64,000 nucleotides of DNA from an uncultured Acidobacteriota bacterium (GTDB lineage Bacteria > Acidobacteriota > UBA6911 > RPQK01 > JAPXNP01), in the NCBI GenBank assembly GCA_963777605.1, contig CAVZRV010000010.1, positions 256,001 through 320,000 of the forward strand, read 5' to 3'. The position numbers were made by a program, and so were the translations under genes. The notes below the pieces were generated by a model. The model made no database searches, was not told the origin of the DNA, and saw only the letters and a program-made list of their open reading frames with translations. Each line of letters opens with the position of its first letter. The stretch's first letter is position 1. Positions 1 to 9,450 of the stretch are shown piece by piece.

Positions 1-175
1 CCAGTTCGTTGTCGGACATATCTCGCCATTTCAGGACGGCAATTGAATTGGCCCCTTCGTACTTGGTCGAGACCTCGAGCTGAAGGGGCTTCTCGGGTAC
101 TCGTTCAGCCGCCATCAGCCCGCCCATCCAGGCCAGTGCCACAAAAACAACGATGACTTGTTTCAATGCTCTCAT
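1..175 (-). CDS. Secreted protein, probable fibronectin type III-like domain (5' part only, runs off the window)
   Basis: Manual translation MRALKQVIVVFVALAWMGGLMAAERVPEKPLQLEVSTKYEGANSIAVLKWRDMSDNEL. Signal peptide, WxDxSxNE motif typical of FN3 domains, GGAG RBS upstream. Confidence 0.6.
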   Translation of the reverse strand, partial: MRALKQVIVVFVALAWMGGLMAAERVPEKPLQLEVSTKYEGANSIAVLKWRDMSDNEL

Positions 176-219
176 TCACACACTCCTACGTTCAAAGACG
201 GTTATCCTTCAGGTTAGTT

Positions 220-1044
220 TCAACCGCTGAAAACCAGCTCCCGGGCGCGCTCGGTCGCTTTAACCACAGCCTTGATCAGCGTGACACGCAGTTTTCCTTC
301 TTCAAGTTCCATGATTCCGTCAATCGTACAGCCGGCCGGAGTCGTCACCGCGTCCTTCAACAGTGCCGGATGACTGCCGGTTTCGAGTACGACCTTGCTG
401 GCACCAGCCGCCGTCTGAGCGGCCAGCAGCGTGGCGATCTCCCGGGGGAGGCCGACCTTGACACCGGCTTCAGCCAACGACTCCAGGATGATGTAGATGA
501 ACGCAGGTCCGCTGGCAGAGAGTCCGGTGACGGCGTCGAAGTGGGACTCGTCGATGAGAACTGTCCGTCCAACCGAGTCAAAAAGCTCCCGGGTAAGCTT
601 GAGCTGGTCTTCCGTCGCATGTCGGCCGCGGCAGATCGAGGTCATCCCGCTGCCCACCGAACAGGGCGTGTTGGGCATCGCTCGAATGACCGGGACATCA
701 CAGCCGGCCGCCTTCTCAATGAACTGAGTGGTCACGGAGGCGGCCACTGATATCAGGAGTTTCTCGGGTCCGAGGCCGGGAGCGATGGAGCGTACCACTT
801 CCTCCACGCCTCCCGGCTTGACCCCCAGGAGAATGATGTCCGCCCAGGAAGCCGCCTCGAGATTGTTCGTCCCTACCTGGATCTTGAAATCGTCTTCCCG
901 AAGCTGGGCCCGTATCTCGTGTCGAACCGTTCCCCGGACCATATCCGGGGTGGTCAAGCCCCTCTCGAGAAAAGCGCGCGTAAGAATTCCGCCCAGTTTC
1001 CCAAGCCCGATAATCGCCAACTTCTTGTTTTCAATATTGCTCAT
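220..1044 (-). CDS. proC: Pyrroline-5-carboxylate reductase
   Basis: IIGLGKLG Rossmann motif, RAMPNTP, TGLSASGPAF and VTTPAGCT motifs. Confidence 0.96.
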   Translation of the reverse strand: MSNIENKKLAIIGLGKLGGILTRAFLERGLTTPDMVRGTVRHEIRAQLREDDFKIQVGTNNLEAASWADIILLGVKPGGVEEVVRSIAPGLGPEKLLISVAASVTTQFIEKAAGCDVPVIRAMPNTPCSVGSGMTSICRGRHATEDQLKLTRELFDSVGRTVLIDESHFDAVTGLSASGPAFIYIILESLAEAGVKVGLPREIATLLAAQTAAGASKVVLETGSHPALLKDAVTTPAGCTIDGIMELEEGKLRVTLIKAVVKATERARELVFSG

Positions 1045-1129
1045 TACCGTTGCACCTGTCTTTCCTTGGATTCACATCAGCGGGGACGCCAGCGAACAGT
1101 CCCCTTTCCGAAAAACTGACGGAAGGTCG

Positions 1130-1714
1130 TTACTGCTGCCGGTACGACTCTGCGTAGATCCGCTTCAGAGGATTCAGGCAGTAGTTCTCGATTAAGTCGA
1201 GCAACAAAGCCTCTCGCTTGAGAAGGAATTCCTCGTGACTCGGATCGATCTCGAAAGCGAGCCGGAGGATGTCCGCCTTGTCCTTGCGGATGTCAAGGGA
1301 CACGGAGCGGCCCATGCGAGGCTCAAAGTGGAGAAGGTCTCCATACGCGAAGTGGTCGATCTCGGGTTCGGTCCACGGCTTTTCACACCGACTTCGCCAG
1401 TAATGGCTCTTCAGCCGTTCCACGAACCCGTCATAATCGAACCCTTTGGATTTGTTATTCACACTGGCAATGACTCGCAGGCGACCTGACCGCTGCTCGG
1501 CACCGATCCCGTAGGTTACGTTCAGCTCGTCCTGCCTGGAAAACTTGATCCGATGGCTCCCGAACTCGGAAAACACCTTGATTTCCGCCTCCACACCGAG
1601 TTGCTGACCATCCTCTTCGGTGACGTAAAACTGACGGACACGGTCAAACCAGTCCGAGACGATCGTCGCTATTACACCGTTTAATTGTTCAAGTCTTCCC
1701 TGCCGATTGGACAT
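1130..1714 (-). CDS. Hypothetical protein (194 aa)
   Basis: ATG ORF with protein-like composition filling the space between proC and the VWA gene. No motif recognised. Confidence 0.7.
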   Translation of the reverse strand: MSNRQGRLEQLNGVIATIVSDWFDRVRQFYVTEEDGQQLGVEAEIKVFSEFGSHRIKFSRQDELNVTYGIGAEQRSGRLRVIASVNNKSKGFDYDGFVERLKSHYWRSRCEKPWTEPEIDHFAYGDLLHFEPRMGRSVSLDIRKDKADILRLAFEIDPSHEEFLLKREALLLDLIENYCLNPLKRIYAESYRQQ

Positions 1715-1779
1715 AATTCGCTCAGGTCCGTCCCGCCCGAGGTTCCCTAAGTGTAAACGGATCGGTTAAATTAATAAAG

Positions 1780-2670
1780 ATGCCCAAACTTGCTCTGGTT
1801 CCCCTCAGTTTGGCCGCGCTTCTGCTGTCCACAGCGTTTCAGGATACGCAGATTCGGATTGATGTTGAAGCGGTCAATGTTTTTGTCACCGTCACCAATC
1901 GGAAAGGTCAGTTTGTAAGCGGCCTCCCAGAGGACCGTTTCATCCTCTACGAAGACGGAATCCCTCAAGTGCTCACCAATTTCTCCAGCGATCTCAGCCG
2001 CCCACTCCAGATCGCGCTCCTCATGGACACCAGCGGCAGCGTCCGCCTGAAACTCGACTTCGAGAAGCGGGCGGCCGTCAACTTCCTGCGCGGGGTGATG
2101 CGGCGACACGATCAGGCAATGCTGGTCGAGTTCGACGAAGGAGTTTCCTTATTGAACGACTTCACAACCCGGACCTCGGAGATCGTCTCGGAGATTGAAA
2201 GACTCCGGGCAGGCGGCGGAACAGCTCTCTGGGATGCCCTCTATGTGGTTTCCGGGGAGAAGATGACGGGACGCGGGGCGCGGAAGGCGATCGTGGTTCT
2301 TTCCGACGGAGAGGACCTGAACAGCAGGCGGTCGTTTGAGGACACCCTGAAAATGATTCAGTCCTCGGAAGTCACAGTCTATCCGATCGGCACCAGCCGG
2401 TTTGGAGCCAGTTCGAGCAAAAAAGGCGAGGATAACCTGGCCGAACTGGCCGACGAGTCCGGAGGCACTGCCTTCTTCCCCTATTCGGCCGAGCTTCTCG
2501 AGTCGGCGTTTGACCAGATCAACGCCGAACTGAGGAACCAGTACAGTCTCACCTACAGCCCCCGGGACAAGACCCCCGACGGTCGCTTCCGGGAAATCGA
2601 AGTCCGCATCGAAAACGGCGACGGCCTCAAGCTCAGGTACCGTCGCGGCTACCGGCTTCCCGACTTCTAA
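1780..2670 (+). CDS. Secreted VWA-domain protein (acidobacterial VWFA-related type)
   Basis: Signal peptide, MIDAS motif DTSGS, GGGTALWDA, VVLSDGED, LADESGG and C-terminal YSLTY...FREIEV. Confidence 0.92.
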   Translation: MPKLALVPLSLAALLLSTAFQDTQIRIDVEAVNVFVTVTNRKGQFVSGLPEDRFILYEDGIPQVLTNFSSDLSRPLQIALLMDTSGSVRLKLDFEKRAAVNFLRGVMRRHDQAMLVEFDEGVSLLNDFTTRTSEIVSEIERLRAGGGTALWDALYVVSGEKMTGRGARKAIVVLSDGEDLNSRRSFEDTLKMIQSSEVTVYPIGTSRFGASSSKKGEDNLAELADESGGTAFFPYSAELLESAFDQINAELRNQYSLTYSPRDKTPDGRFREIEVRIENGDGLKLRYRRGYRLPDF

Positions 2671-2678
2671 TCGCCCGG

Positions 2679-2879
2679 CTACCTTCTCTTCGGGATGACG
2701 AGCCACAGGATGAGATAGGGGATGAACCCGGGGAGTCCTCCCGGCAACAGCAGAATCAGGAATAGGATCCGGAGCCAGAGGGCACGGATCCCGTAGAATT
2801 CCGCCAGACCTCCGCAGACTCCCCCGATGATGCCGTTCTGCCGTCTCAACTTGCTGTTTTCTGAATATGTTACAGTCAT
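2679..2879 (-). CDS. PspC-domain membrane protein
   Basis: LRR..GIIGGVCGGLAEFYG and YLILWLVIP signature. Start placed at ATG 2879. Confidence 0.88.
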   Translation of the reverse strand: MTVTYSENSKLRRQNGIIGGVCGGLAEFYGIRALWLRILFLILLLPGGLPGFIPYLILWLVIPKRR

Positions 2880-2892
2880 TCCAATTCCAACC

Positions 2893-3102
2893 TCACCACC
2901 GGGTCTGAGTGCGCCAGACATGCAGCGCGATCACCGTCGGCACGACAGCGATCAGGACCAGGAGCATGAATCCGCGAACCGCCGGAAGGCTCAGGAAGAT
3001 GGCCGCCGTGGCAATCGTGAACAAGAGTCCGCCAAAACCGGCCGCGGGAATTTGATCGATCCGAATACCTTCGTGGAATTTCGCGTTCAGTGTGTGTCTC
3101 AT
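2893..3102 (-). CDS. Small hypothetical membrane protein (69 aa, 2 TM)
   Basis: Two hydrophobic stretches, directly upstream of the PspC gene on the same strand. Confidence 0.55.
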   Translation of the reverse strand: MRHTLNAKFHEGIRIDQIPAAGFGGLLFTIATAAIFLSLPAVRGFMLLVLIAVVPTVIALHVWRTQTRW

Positions 3103-3188
3103 AGTGATGCTGATTAAATACGTAAACGACGCCAAAAACGTTCATTGGCGGTTCACCAATCTGGTTCCGTGTTATACTCTCCGCGCTC

Positions 3189-3401
3189 ATGCAGTGGACG
3201 CACAAAGGTATTGAGTTTGCCATCACGACCGAGGATCTGGGACCGTTCGTACTGGCGTCGGCCCGGGTTCCGAGAGAAGGCATGTTCGTCCGGGTCCGCC
3301 CCTTTTCCGCACTCGGTCGAACCGAAGATCAGGCAATCAGCATGCTGAAGTCCCAGATCGAGTTCGAGTATCGCCGCGTGCCGGAATTTGCCGCTTCCTG
3401 A
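3189..3401 (+). CDS. Small hypothetical protein (70 aa)
   Basis: ATG ORF ending 2 nt before the Rieske gene. TATACT hexamer about 10 nt upstream of the ATG. Confidence 0.6.
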   Translation: MQWTHKGIEFAITTEDLGPFVLASARVPREGMFVRVRPFSALGRTEDQAISMLKSQIEFEYRRVPEFAAS

Positions 3402-3403
3402 TC

Positions 3404-3724
3404 ATGATTTTCCACCCGGTCGCCAAGCTCGTCGAGCTTTCTGAGAGCGACGCGAAAGTTGTCCAACTCGAAGGTCGGCAAATCGCTCTCTTCCTGGCCG
3501 GAGGCGAGGTTTACGCCTACGACAATTTCTGCCCTCATCGCGGCGGTCCGCTGGGCGAAGGAATGGTCCGGGACGGGTGTGTAACCTGTCCTTGGCACGA
3601 CTGGACATTCGACCTGAAAACGGGTCGTCATGTTCGATACGCAACTGCTGCCCTGACCCGCTATCCGGCCCGCGTTTCAGGAGATGACGTATTGGTCTGC
3701 CCCTCCCCGGTCAGGCCAGATTAA
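3404..3724 (+). CDS. Rieske [2Fe-2S] ferredoxin (NirD-like)
   Basis: CPH and CPWH Rieske ligand motifs, FDLKTG. Confidence 0.93.
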   Translation: MIFHPVAKLVELSESDAKVVQLEGRQIALFLAGGEVYAYDNFCPHRGGPLGEGMVRDGCVTCPWHDWTFDLKTGRHVRYATAALTRYPARVSGDDVLVCPSPVRPD

Positions 3725-4661
3725 TCAGGGGGGATTCCACGGGTTTGCGGCCGGTCTTGCCGCTGAAGGAAGCTAACTGGCGGTCCGCAAGGTAACTCGA
3801 TCGAACCAGGGGCCCGCTCTCGACGTGGTCGAAACCGAGAGACTCCCCAAACGCCTTCCATTCTGCGAACTCGTCGGGATGATAGTGGCGCACGACAGGA
3901 AGGTGCCAACCGGTTGGGCGCAGGTACTGTCCCAGGGTGAGAATATTGACGCCCCTCTCGACCAGGTCGTTCATGACTTCGCGCAGTTCCTCCGGTTCCT
4001 CGCCAAGGCCCAGCATCAGGCCGGTCTTGGTGATTCCGGTCGGGACGATTTCGCGGGCCCGCTTGAGAACACGGAGCGTCACGTCGTAGCGACCGCCTCC
4101 CCGCGCCACCCGGTAAAGCCTCGGAACCGTCTCGACGTTGTGACCGAAAATCTCGGGTCCCGCATCGAGGACAGTTCTCAGCGAAGATTCCCTTCCCTGG
4201 AAATCGGGCACCAGCACTTCCACCACGCATCCCGGCCGCAATCGGCGGATCTCCGCGATCGTCTCGGCAAAGATCCCGGCGCCACCATCGTCGAGGTCAT
4301 CGCGGTCCACCGACGTGATGACCGCATGCTCAAGGTCCATGGCCGCAACGGCACGGGCGACGCGCCCGGGTTCTTCAAGATCATAGACCGGTGGCTTCCC
4401 CTTGGAAACGGCACAATATCGACAGCCACGGGTACACACTTCGCCGAGGATCATGAACGTTGCGACACCGTGAACCCAGCACTCGCCCATGTTTGGACAG
4501 ATCGCTTCCTGGCAGACGGTATTTAACCCCAGACCTCCAAGCAACTTCCTCAAATTGTGGACCTTCTCTCCGAACGGGGCTCTGACTTTCAACCACTCGG
4601 GGTGCCTTCGTCCGGGCTTCTGCTGAGATTCCGTCATCCCCATCAACATAGCAAATTTCAC
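3711..4661 (-). CDS. lipA: Lipoyl synthase
   Basis: CQEAICPNMGEC auxiliary cluster motif, radical SAM CTRGCRYC, VRSSY. True start may be ATG 4637. Confidence 0.97.
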   Translation of the reverse strand: MKFAMLMGMTESQQKPGRRHPEWLKVRAPFGEKVHNLRKLLGGLGLNTVCQEAICPNMGECWVHGVATFMILGEVCTRGCRYCAVSKGKPPVYDLEEPGRVARAVAAMDLEHAVITSVDRDDLDDGGAGIFAETIAEIRRLRPGCVVEVLVPDFQGRESSLRTVLDAGPEIFGHNVETVPRLYRVARGGGRYDVTLRVLKRAREIVPTGITKTGLMLGLGEEPEELREVMNDLVERGVNILTLGQYLRPTGWHLPVVRHYHPDEFAEWKAFGESLGFDHVESGPLVRSSYLADRQLASFSGKTGRKPVESPLINLA

Positions 4662-4877
4662 CGTTCAGGCCATCCTCAGGCACATGAGAAACGATGGTCG
4701 GGCGGGCCTCACTTTCGCCGGCAGAGAAACCTCCACAACTTGCCGATTCAACGTCTTCGCAGGGGTAGTCTTACAGCCTCGGTCTGGTATAATCCGCCTT
4801 GTGCCGGACAGCCCTGTCTTGTAGCATGGGGCTTTCTTCCAAGTGCCGAAAGTGCGGATAGATACGAGAAGCTCAAG

Positions 4878-5231
4878 ATGCTGAACTATTTTGGTTTCAT
4901 AGTGATGCTGTTGGTTTCCGGGGGAACTGTGGCCGCGATGTTCGCAGTCCACCACTGGCTCGGTCCGCGAGTCAGTAATCGGGTTCATGACGCCCCTTTT
5001 GAATGCGGTAACGAACCCAATCGGATCGTTCGGGGCCGGTTTTCGGTCAAGTTTTTTCTGGTCGCGCTTCTCTTCGTACTGTTTGATATCGAGTTGGTTT
5101 TCCTCTTTCCCTGGGCCGTGGTTTACAAGGAACTGGGACTGTTCGGCTTTGTTGAGATGCTCGTTTTCCTGCTCGTTGTACTTGTGGGACTTTTCTACTC
5201 GGTGAAGAGAGGAGCTCTTGAATGGCAATAG
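4878..5231 (+). CDS. nuoA: NADH-quinone oxidoreductase subunit A
   Basis: PFECG, FSVKFFLVALLFVLFDIE, FPWAV and GALEW motifs. Start at ATG 4878. Confidence 0.95.
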   Translation: MLNYFGFIVMLLVSGGTVAAMFAVHHWLGPRVSNRVHDAPFECGNEPNRIVRGRFSVKFFLVALLFVLFDIELVFLFPWAVVYKELGLFGFVEMLVFLLVVLVGLFYSVKRGALEWQ

Positions 5232-5866
5232 GCCAAGTCACCGTGCCGGCGGAAGGCGGTTTCTTCACCTCTAAGGTTGATCAGGCTGTCGGCTGGGCCC
5301 GGAAATACTCTATCTTCCAGTATCCCTTCGTAACCGCCTGTTGTGGAATGGAATACATGTCGGTCGCCTGCGCCCACTATGACATTGACCGGTTTGGCGC
5401 GGGTCTTCCAAGGTTCTCTCCCAGACAATCGGACGTGCTGTTTGTGGTCGGAACAATCAACCAGAAGATTGCGCCCATCCTCAAGCAGGTTTACGACCAG
5501 ATGTGCGCCCCGAAGTGGGTGATCGCGTTTGGCGTCTGCACCTGCACCGGTGGTTTTTACGACAATTACGCCGTTGTGCGCGGGATCGACCATGTCGTTC
5601 CGGTGGACATCTACATCCCCGGCTGTCCACCTCGTCCGGAAACGGTTCTGGAAGGGTTGATCAAACTGCAGCAGCGTATCCAGAACCAGAAGCCAGGCGA
5701 TCTGATTTACCGATTGGCTGTCCTGAGAATTCCCCAAGGATGTCAGCGACGAAGAGTGGAGCAATCAGGGCTATGGAACAAAGTCTCATACTCCGTAACG
5801 TGCAAGAGAAATTCGGTGACGCGGTGCTGTCATGTCATTCAGCACTCGGAGAAGATACGCTGGTGA
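5222..5866 (+). CDS. nuoB: NADH-quinone oxidoreductase subunit B (3' end probably frameshifted near 5725)
   Basis: TACCGME, SPRQSD and GCPPRPE motifs. Tail after about 5725 is atypical and overlaps nuoC by 94 nt. Confidence 0.92.
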   Translation: MAIGQVTVPAEGGFFTSKVDQAVGWARKYSIFQYPFVTACCGMEYMSVACAHYDIDRFGAGLPRFSPRQSDVLFVVGTINQKIAPILKQVYDQMCAPKWVIAFGVCTCTGGFYDNYAVVRGIDHVVPVDIYIPGCPPRPETVLEGLIKLQQRIQNQKPGDLIYRLAVLRIPQGCQRRRVEQSGLWNKVSYSVTCKRNSVTRCCHVIQHSEKIRW

Positions 5867-6256
5867 TCGCCAGGTCGAGCCTCCTCGAGGTGGCCCGGTA
5901 TCTGAAGGAGGAGGCCGATCCCCGGTTCAACGTCTTGATGGACCTGACTGCCGTCGATTTCTTCAAGCGCAAGCCCCGCTTTGAAGTGGTCTACCACTTT
6001 CTCTCCTTGCCGGCCAAAGCGAGGCTCCGAGTCAAGGTTCCGGTGGGCGAACCCGATCCCGAAGTGGAAACACTCTCGGCCCTGTGGCGAAGCGCCAACT
6101 GGTACGAACGCGAAGTCTATCGACATGTTCGGAATCAAGTTCCGCAATCATCCGGATCTCCGCAGGATTCTGATGTACCCCGAATTTCAGGGTCACCCTC
6201 TGCGCAAGGATTACCCGATCAATAAGAGACAGCCGATTATCGGCCCGAGGGATTGA
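5773..6256 (+). pseudogene. nuoC: NADH-quinone oxidoreductase subunit C, split by a +1 frameshift at about 6121 (real lesion or assembly error)
   Basis: First frame reads MEQ...LTAVD...RFEVVYH...ANWYEREVY. Second frame continues [18 protein letters not shown]...GHPLRKDYP. One extra base in GTC TAT C GAC ATG. Confidence 0.9.
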
Positions 6257-6262
6257 GAACCT

Positions 6263-7639
6263 ATGTCAACCTCAACCGAAATCAAAGAAATCAAGCCGGA
6301 GCAGATTCGTCCCGACGACTTGGACGAACATGAGATGCTTCTCAATATCGGTCCCTCGCACCCGGCCATGCATGGAGTCATCCGGATCCGGACCTTGCTC
6401 GACGGGGAAATGGTTCGGGACGCCGACATCGATATCGGCTACCTGCACCGCGGGTTCGAGAAACACTGCGAAAGCGGTTCATACACCCAGTGCTTCCCGT
6501 ACACCGATCGCCTCAACTATGTTTCACCCCTGATCAACAACTTCGGGTTTGCGCTGACCGTCGAGAAGTTGATGGGGCTCGAGGTCCCGGAACGGTGTCA
6601 GTTCATCCGCGTTATCATGAGCGAGCTTTCGCGGATCGGCGACCACCTGACCTGCATCGGTGCATCGACAATGGAGCTCGGTGCCATGACCGCCTTTCTC
6701 TACATGATGAAGGCACGGGAATGGCTCTGGGAACTGGTCGAAGGCGTAACCGGGGCTCGCCTGACGATCTCGTACGCCCGCATCGGTGGCGTCAAGGGCG
6801 ACTTACCCGAAGGGTTCGAAGACCGCTGCCGCATCGTCCTGGACAAGGTCTGGGACGTAATCGACGAAATCGATGTTCTGGTTACGCGCAACCGCATCTT
6901 CTATGACCGGCTTCGCGACATCGGTGTCATCAGCCAGGAAGATGCCCTCAACTACGGGATCACCGGTCCCTTCCTGCGCTCGACCGGCTGCGACTACGAT
7001 GTCCGCAAGGCCTTTCCCTACCACGCTTACGATCAGGTCGAATTCGACGTTCCGGTCGGCGAGCGGGGGGACAACTATGATCGCTATCTGGTCCGCATGG
7101 AGGAAATGCGGCAGTCGATTCGGATCGTCCGCCAGGCGCTGGACAAACTCCCTGGCGGTCCGACCAACGTTGACCCGGAGGGACGCATTATCGAGCCCAG
7201 TCTGATGGCCGACCTGGGCAAGTTCGGAAAGACCGGTGGGTTGCTCAGGAACGAGGTCCTGATTGAACCGACGCTGGAGGGAGCCCAGAAGAAATTCCAC
7301 GATCGCGTCCGGGCCGACAGCCGGGAAGCATGGCTTCCGGCCAAAGAGCAGGTCTATTCCAACATTGAAGCGCTGATGAACCACTTCAAGATCATCATGC
7401 TCGGCCACGGGGTTCGCCCGCCGAAAGGCGAGGCTTACGGTTTCGTGGAAGGGGCCAACGGCGAACTCGGCTTCTACGTGGTCAGTGACGGCACCGACAA
7501 GGCTTGGCGTGTCCGCTGCCATCCCCCCTGTTTCCCGATCATGGGCGGCCTTCACGAAGTCCTGAAAGGCGACCAGATTGCGGACATCATTGCGACGTTC
7601 GGCTCAGTGAACATGATTGCTGGAGAGCTTGACCGATGA
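6263..7639 (+). CDS. nuoD: NADH-quinone oxidoreductase subunit D
   Basis: GPSHPAMHGV, GYLHRGFEK, DRLNY and C-terminal GELDR. Confidence 0.97.
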   Translation: MSTSTEIKEIKPEQIRPDDLDEHEMLLNIGPSHPAMHGVIRIRTLLDGEMVRDADIDIGYLHRGFEKHCESGSYTQCFPYTDRLNYVSPLINNFGFALTVEKLMGLEVPERCQFIRVIMSELSRIGDHLTCIGASTMELGAMTAFLYMMKAREWLWELVEGVTGARLTISYARIGGVKGDLPEGFEDRCRIVLDKVWDVIDEIDVLVTRNRIFYDRLRDIGVISQEDALNYGITGPFLRSTGCDYDVRKAFPYHAYDQVEFDVPVGERGDNYDRYLVRMEEMRQSIRIVRQALDKLPGGPTNVDPEGRIIEPSLMADLGKFGKTGGLLRNEVLIEPTLEGAQKKFHDRVRADSREAWLPAKEQVYSNIEALMNHFKIIMLGHGVRPPKGEAYGFVEGANGELGFYVVSDGTDKAWRVRCHPPCFPIMGGLHEVLKGDQIADIIATFGSVNMIAGELDR

Positions 7640-8118
7640 ACACATTCCAGTTCACGCCGGAAAACCAGAAACGATTTGAAGAGATTTTGAGCCGGTACCC
7701 GCGAAAACGGGCCGCCATGCTGCCGGCGCTGCACCTGGCTCAGGAACAGAACGGCTTCATCAGCCCCGAGGTGGAACAGTTCGTTGCGGACCAGCTCGAA
7801 GTCCCTGTCGTTGACGTACGTGAGGTCCTCAGTTTCTATACCCTTTTCTTCGACAAGGAGATGGGCCGGCACCACATTCGAGTCTGCTGCAGCCTGTCGT
7901 GTTGGCTGAAGGGAAGCGACGAGGTCACCGCTTACCTCAGGGAAAAGCTTGGCTTCGAGGACGGAGAGGTTTCGGAGGACGGGCGGCTCAGCTGGGAGAC
8001 CGTCCCAGATTGCCTGGGAGCCTGTGAAATTGCCCCGATGATGCAGGTCGACAAGTACTTCGAGGGAGACCTGACCCGCGAGAAGATCGACGAAATTGTG
8101 AAAAAGCTGATGGATTGA
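7636..8118 (+). CDS. nuoE: NADH-quinone oxidoreductase subunit E
   Basis: LPALHLAQEQNG, VCCSLSC and CLGAC [2Fe-2S] motifs. ATGA overlap with nuoD. Confidence 0.95.
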   Translation: MNTFQFTPENQKRFEEILSRYPRKRAAMLPALHLAQEQNGFISPEVEQFVADQLEVPVVDVREVLSFYTLFFDKEMGRHHIRVCCSLSCWLKGSDEVTAYLREKLGFEDGEVSEDGRLSWETVPDCLGACEIAPMMQVDKYFEGDLTREKIDEIVKKLMD

Positions 8119-8141
8119 GAAAGCAGCGGGATTCGCGAATC

Positions 8142-9437
8142 ATGCCAATTGTAAAGGTCTTATCGGAATTTTTTGGAGTCGAAGAAGCGCGCAACCTCCA
8201 GTGGCGGCTGAAACATGGCGGCTACGAAAACGCACGCAAGGTAATCCGGGAGATGACTCCGCAGGACGTCATCGACGAGGTCAGCAAGTCGAACCTTCGC
8301 GGTTTGGGAGGGGCGGGCTTTCCGACCGGTCGAAAGTGGAGTTTTGTCCCCAAGGACACCGACAAACCCAAGTACCTGGCTGTCAACTTTGACGAGGCGG
8401 AACCCGGGACCTTCAAGGACCGGTACATCGGGGAGTGGGACCCTCATCGGCTCATCGAGGGAATTATCATCTGCTGTTATGCTGTCGGGATCCACAAAGC
8501 CTACATTTACATCCGCGGCGAGTACGTCCGTCCCTACGAACGACTCCAGAAGGCAGTCGCGGAGGCCTACGAAGCCGGCATTATCGGCCCCAGGATGCTC
8601 GGCAGCGATTTCAAGCTCGACATTACCATGCACCGGGGCGCGGGCGCCTATATTTGCGGCGAGGAAACCGGCCTGCTCTCTTCCCTCGAGGGAAAGAAAG
8701 GCTGGCCCCGACTGAAACCGCCGTTTCCGGCGCTGGTCGGCCTGTTTGACTGCCCAACGGTCATCAACAATGTAGAAACGTTGAGCCACCTGCCCAAGAT
8801 TATCGAGAACGGGCCCCAGTGGTTCATCGACCTGGGTTGCGAGCGCAATGGCGGAACCCGCCTTTTTTCCCTCTCCGGAAAGGTCAAAAAGCCGGGAGTT
8901 TACGAACTGCCGATGGGCACCCCGTTCCGCGAGTTGATTTTCGAGCATGGGGGCGGCATCCTCGGCGACAAGAAACTCAAGGCGTTCATCCCGGGAGGAA
9001 CTTCCGCAGCGGTCCTCACCGCCGACGAGGTCGACACCCCGATGACGTTCGACGCCCTGGCCAAGTTGAAGTCGATGCTGGGTTCAGGAGCCGTCATCGT
9101 CATGGACGAGGATGTGTGCATGGTCCGGACCCTCCACAACATCGAGCACTTCTTCGCCCACGAGTCCTGTGGGCAGTGCACCCCGTGTCGGGAAGGCACC
9201 GGCTGGATCTACCGCATTCTCTCCCGGATTGTCCGGGGTCAGGGAGTCCCGTCCGATCTGGAAACCCTCCACCACATCGTGGGTAACATGGGCGGCACCA
9301 GTATCTGCGCGCTCTGCGAAGGAGCGGCCATGCCCATGCGGAGTTTCCTCGGCAAGTTTTCCGAGGAATTCGAGTATTTCGTAAAGCACAAGCGCTCCAT
9401 GGTTGAAGACCGTGTGAGAGCTCAAGCCACGGCCTGA
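8142..9437 (+). CDS. nuoF: NADH-quinone oxidoreductase subunit F
   Basis: LRGLGGAGFPTGRKW, EPGTFKDR, GAGAYICGEET and ESCGQCTPCREG. Confidence 0.97.
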   Translation: MPIVKVLSEFFGVEEARNLQWRLKHGGYENARKVIREMTPQDVIDEVSKSNLRGLGGAGFPTGRKWSFVPKDTDKPKYLAVNFDEAEPGTFKDRYIGEWDPHRLIEGIIICCYAVGIHKAYIYIRGEYVRPYERLQKAVAEAYEAGIIGPRMLGSDFKLDITMHRGAGAYICGEETGLLSSLEGKKGWPRLKPPFPALVGLFDCPTVINNVETLSHLPKIIENGPQWFIDLGCERNGGTRLFSLSGKVKKPGVYELPMGTPFRELIFEHGGGILGDKKLKAFIPGGTSAAVLTADEVDTPMTFDALAKLKSMLGSGAVIVMDEDVCMVRTLHNIEHFFAHESCGQCTPCREGTGWIYRILSRIVRGQGVPSDLETLHHIVGNMGGTSICALCEGAAMPMRSFLGKFSEEFEYFVKHKRSMVEDRVRAQATA

Positions 9438-9450
9438 AAGCGAAACCGTT

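Noticed and set aside
5503-6225. 240-aa ORF suggesting a NuoB-NuoC fusion or a long NuoC
   Set aside because: The part before ATG 5773 is an alternate frame of nuoB, and the +1 frame gives a more natural NuoB end.
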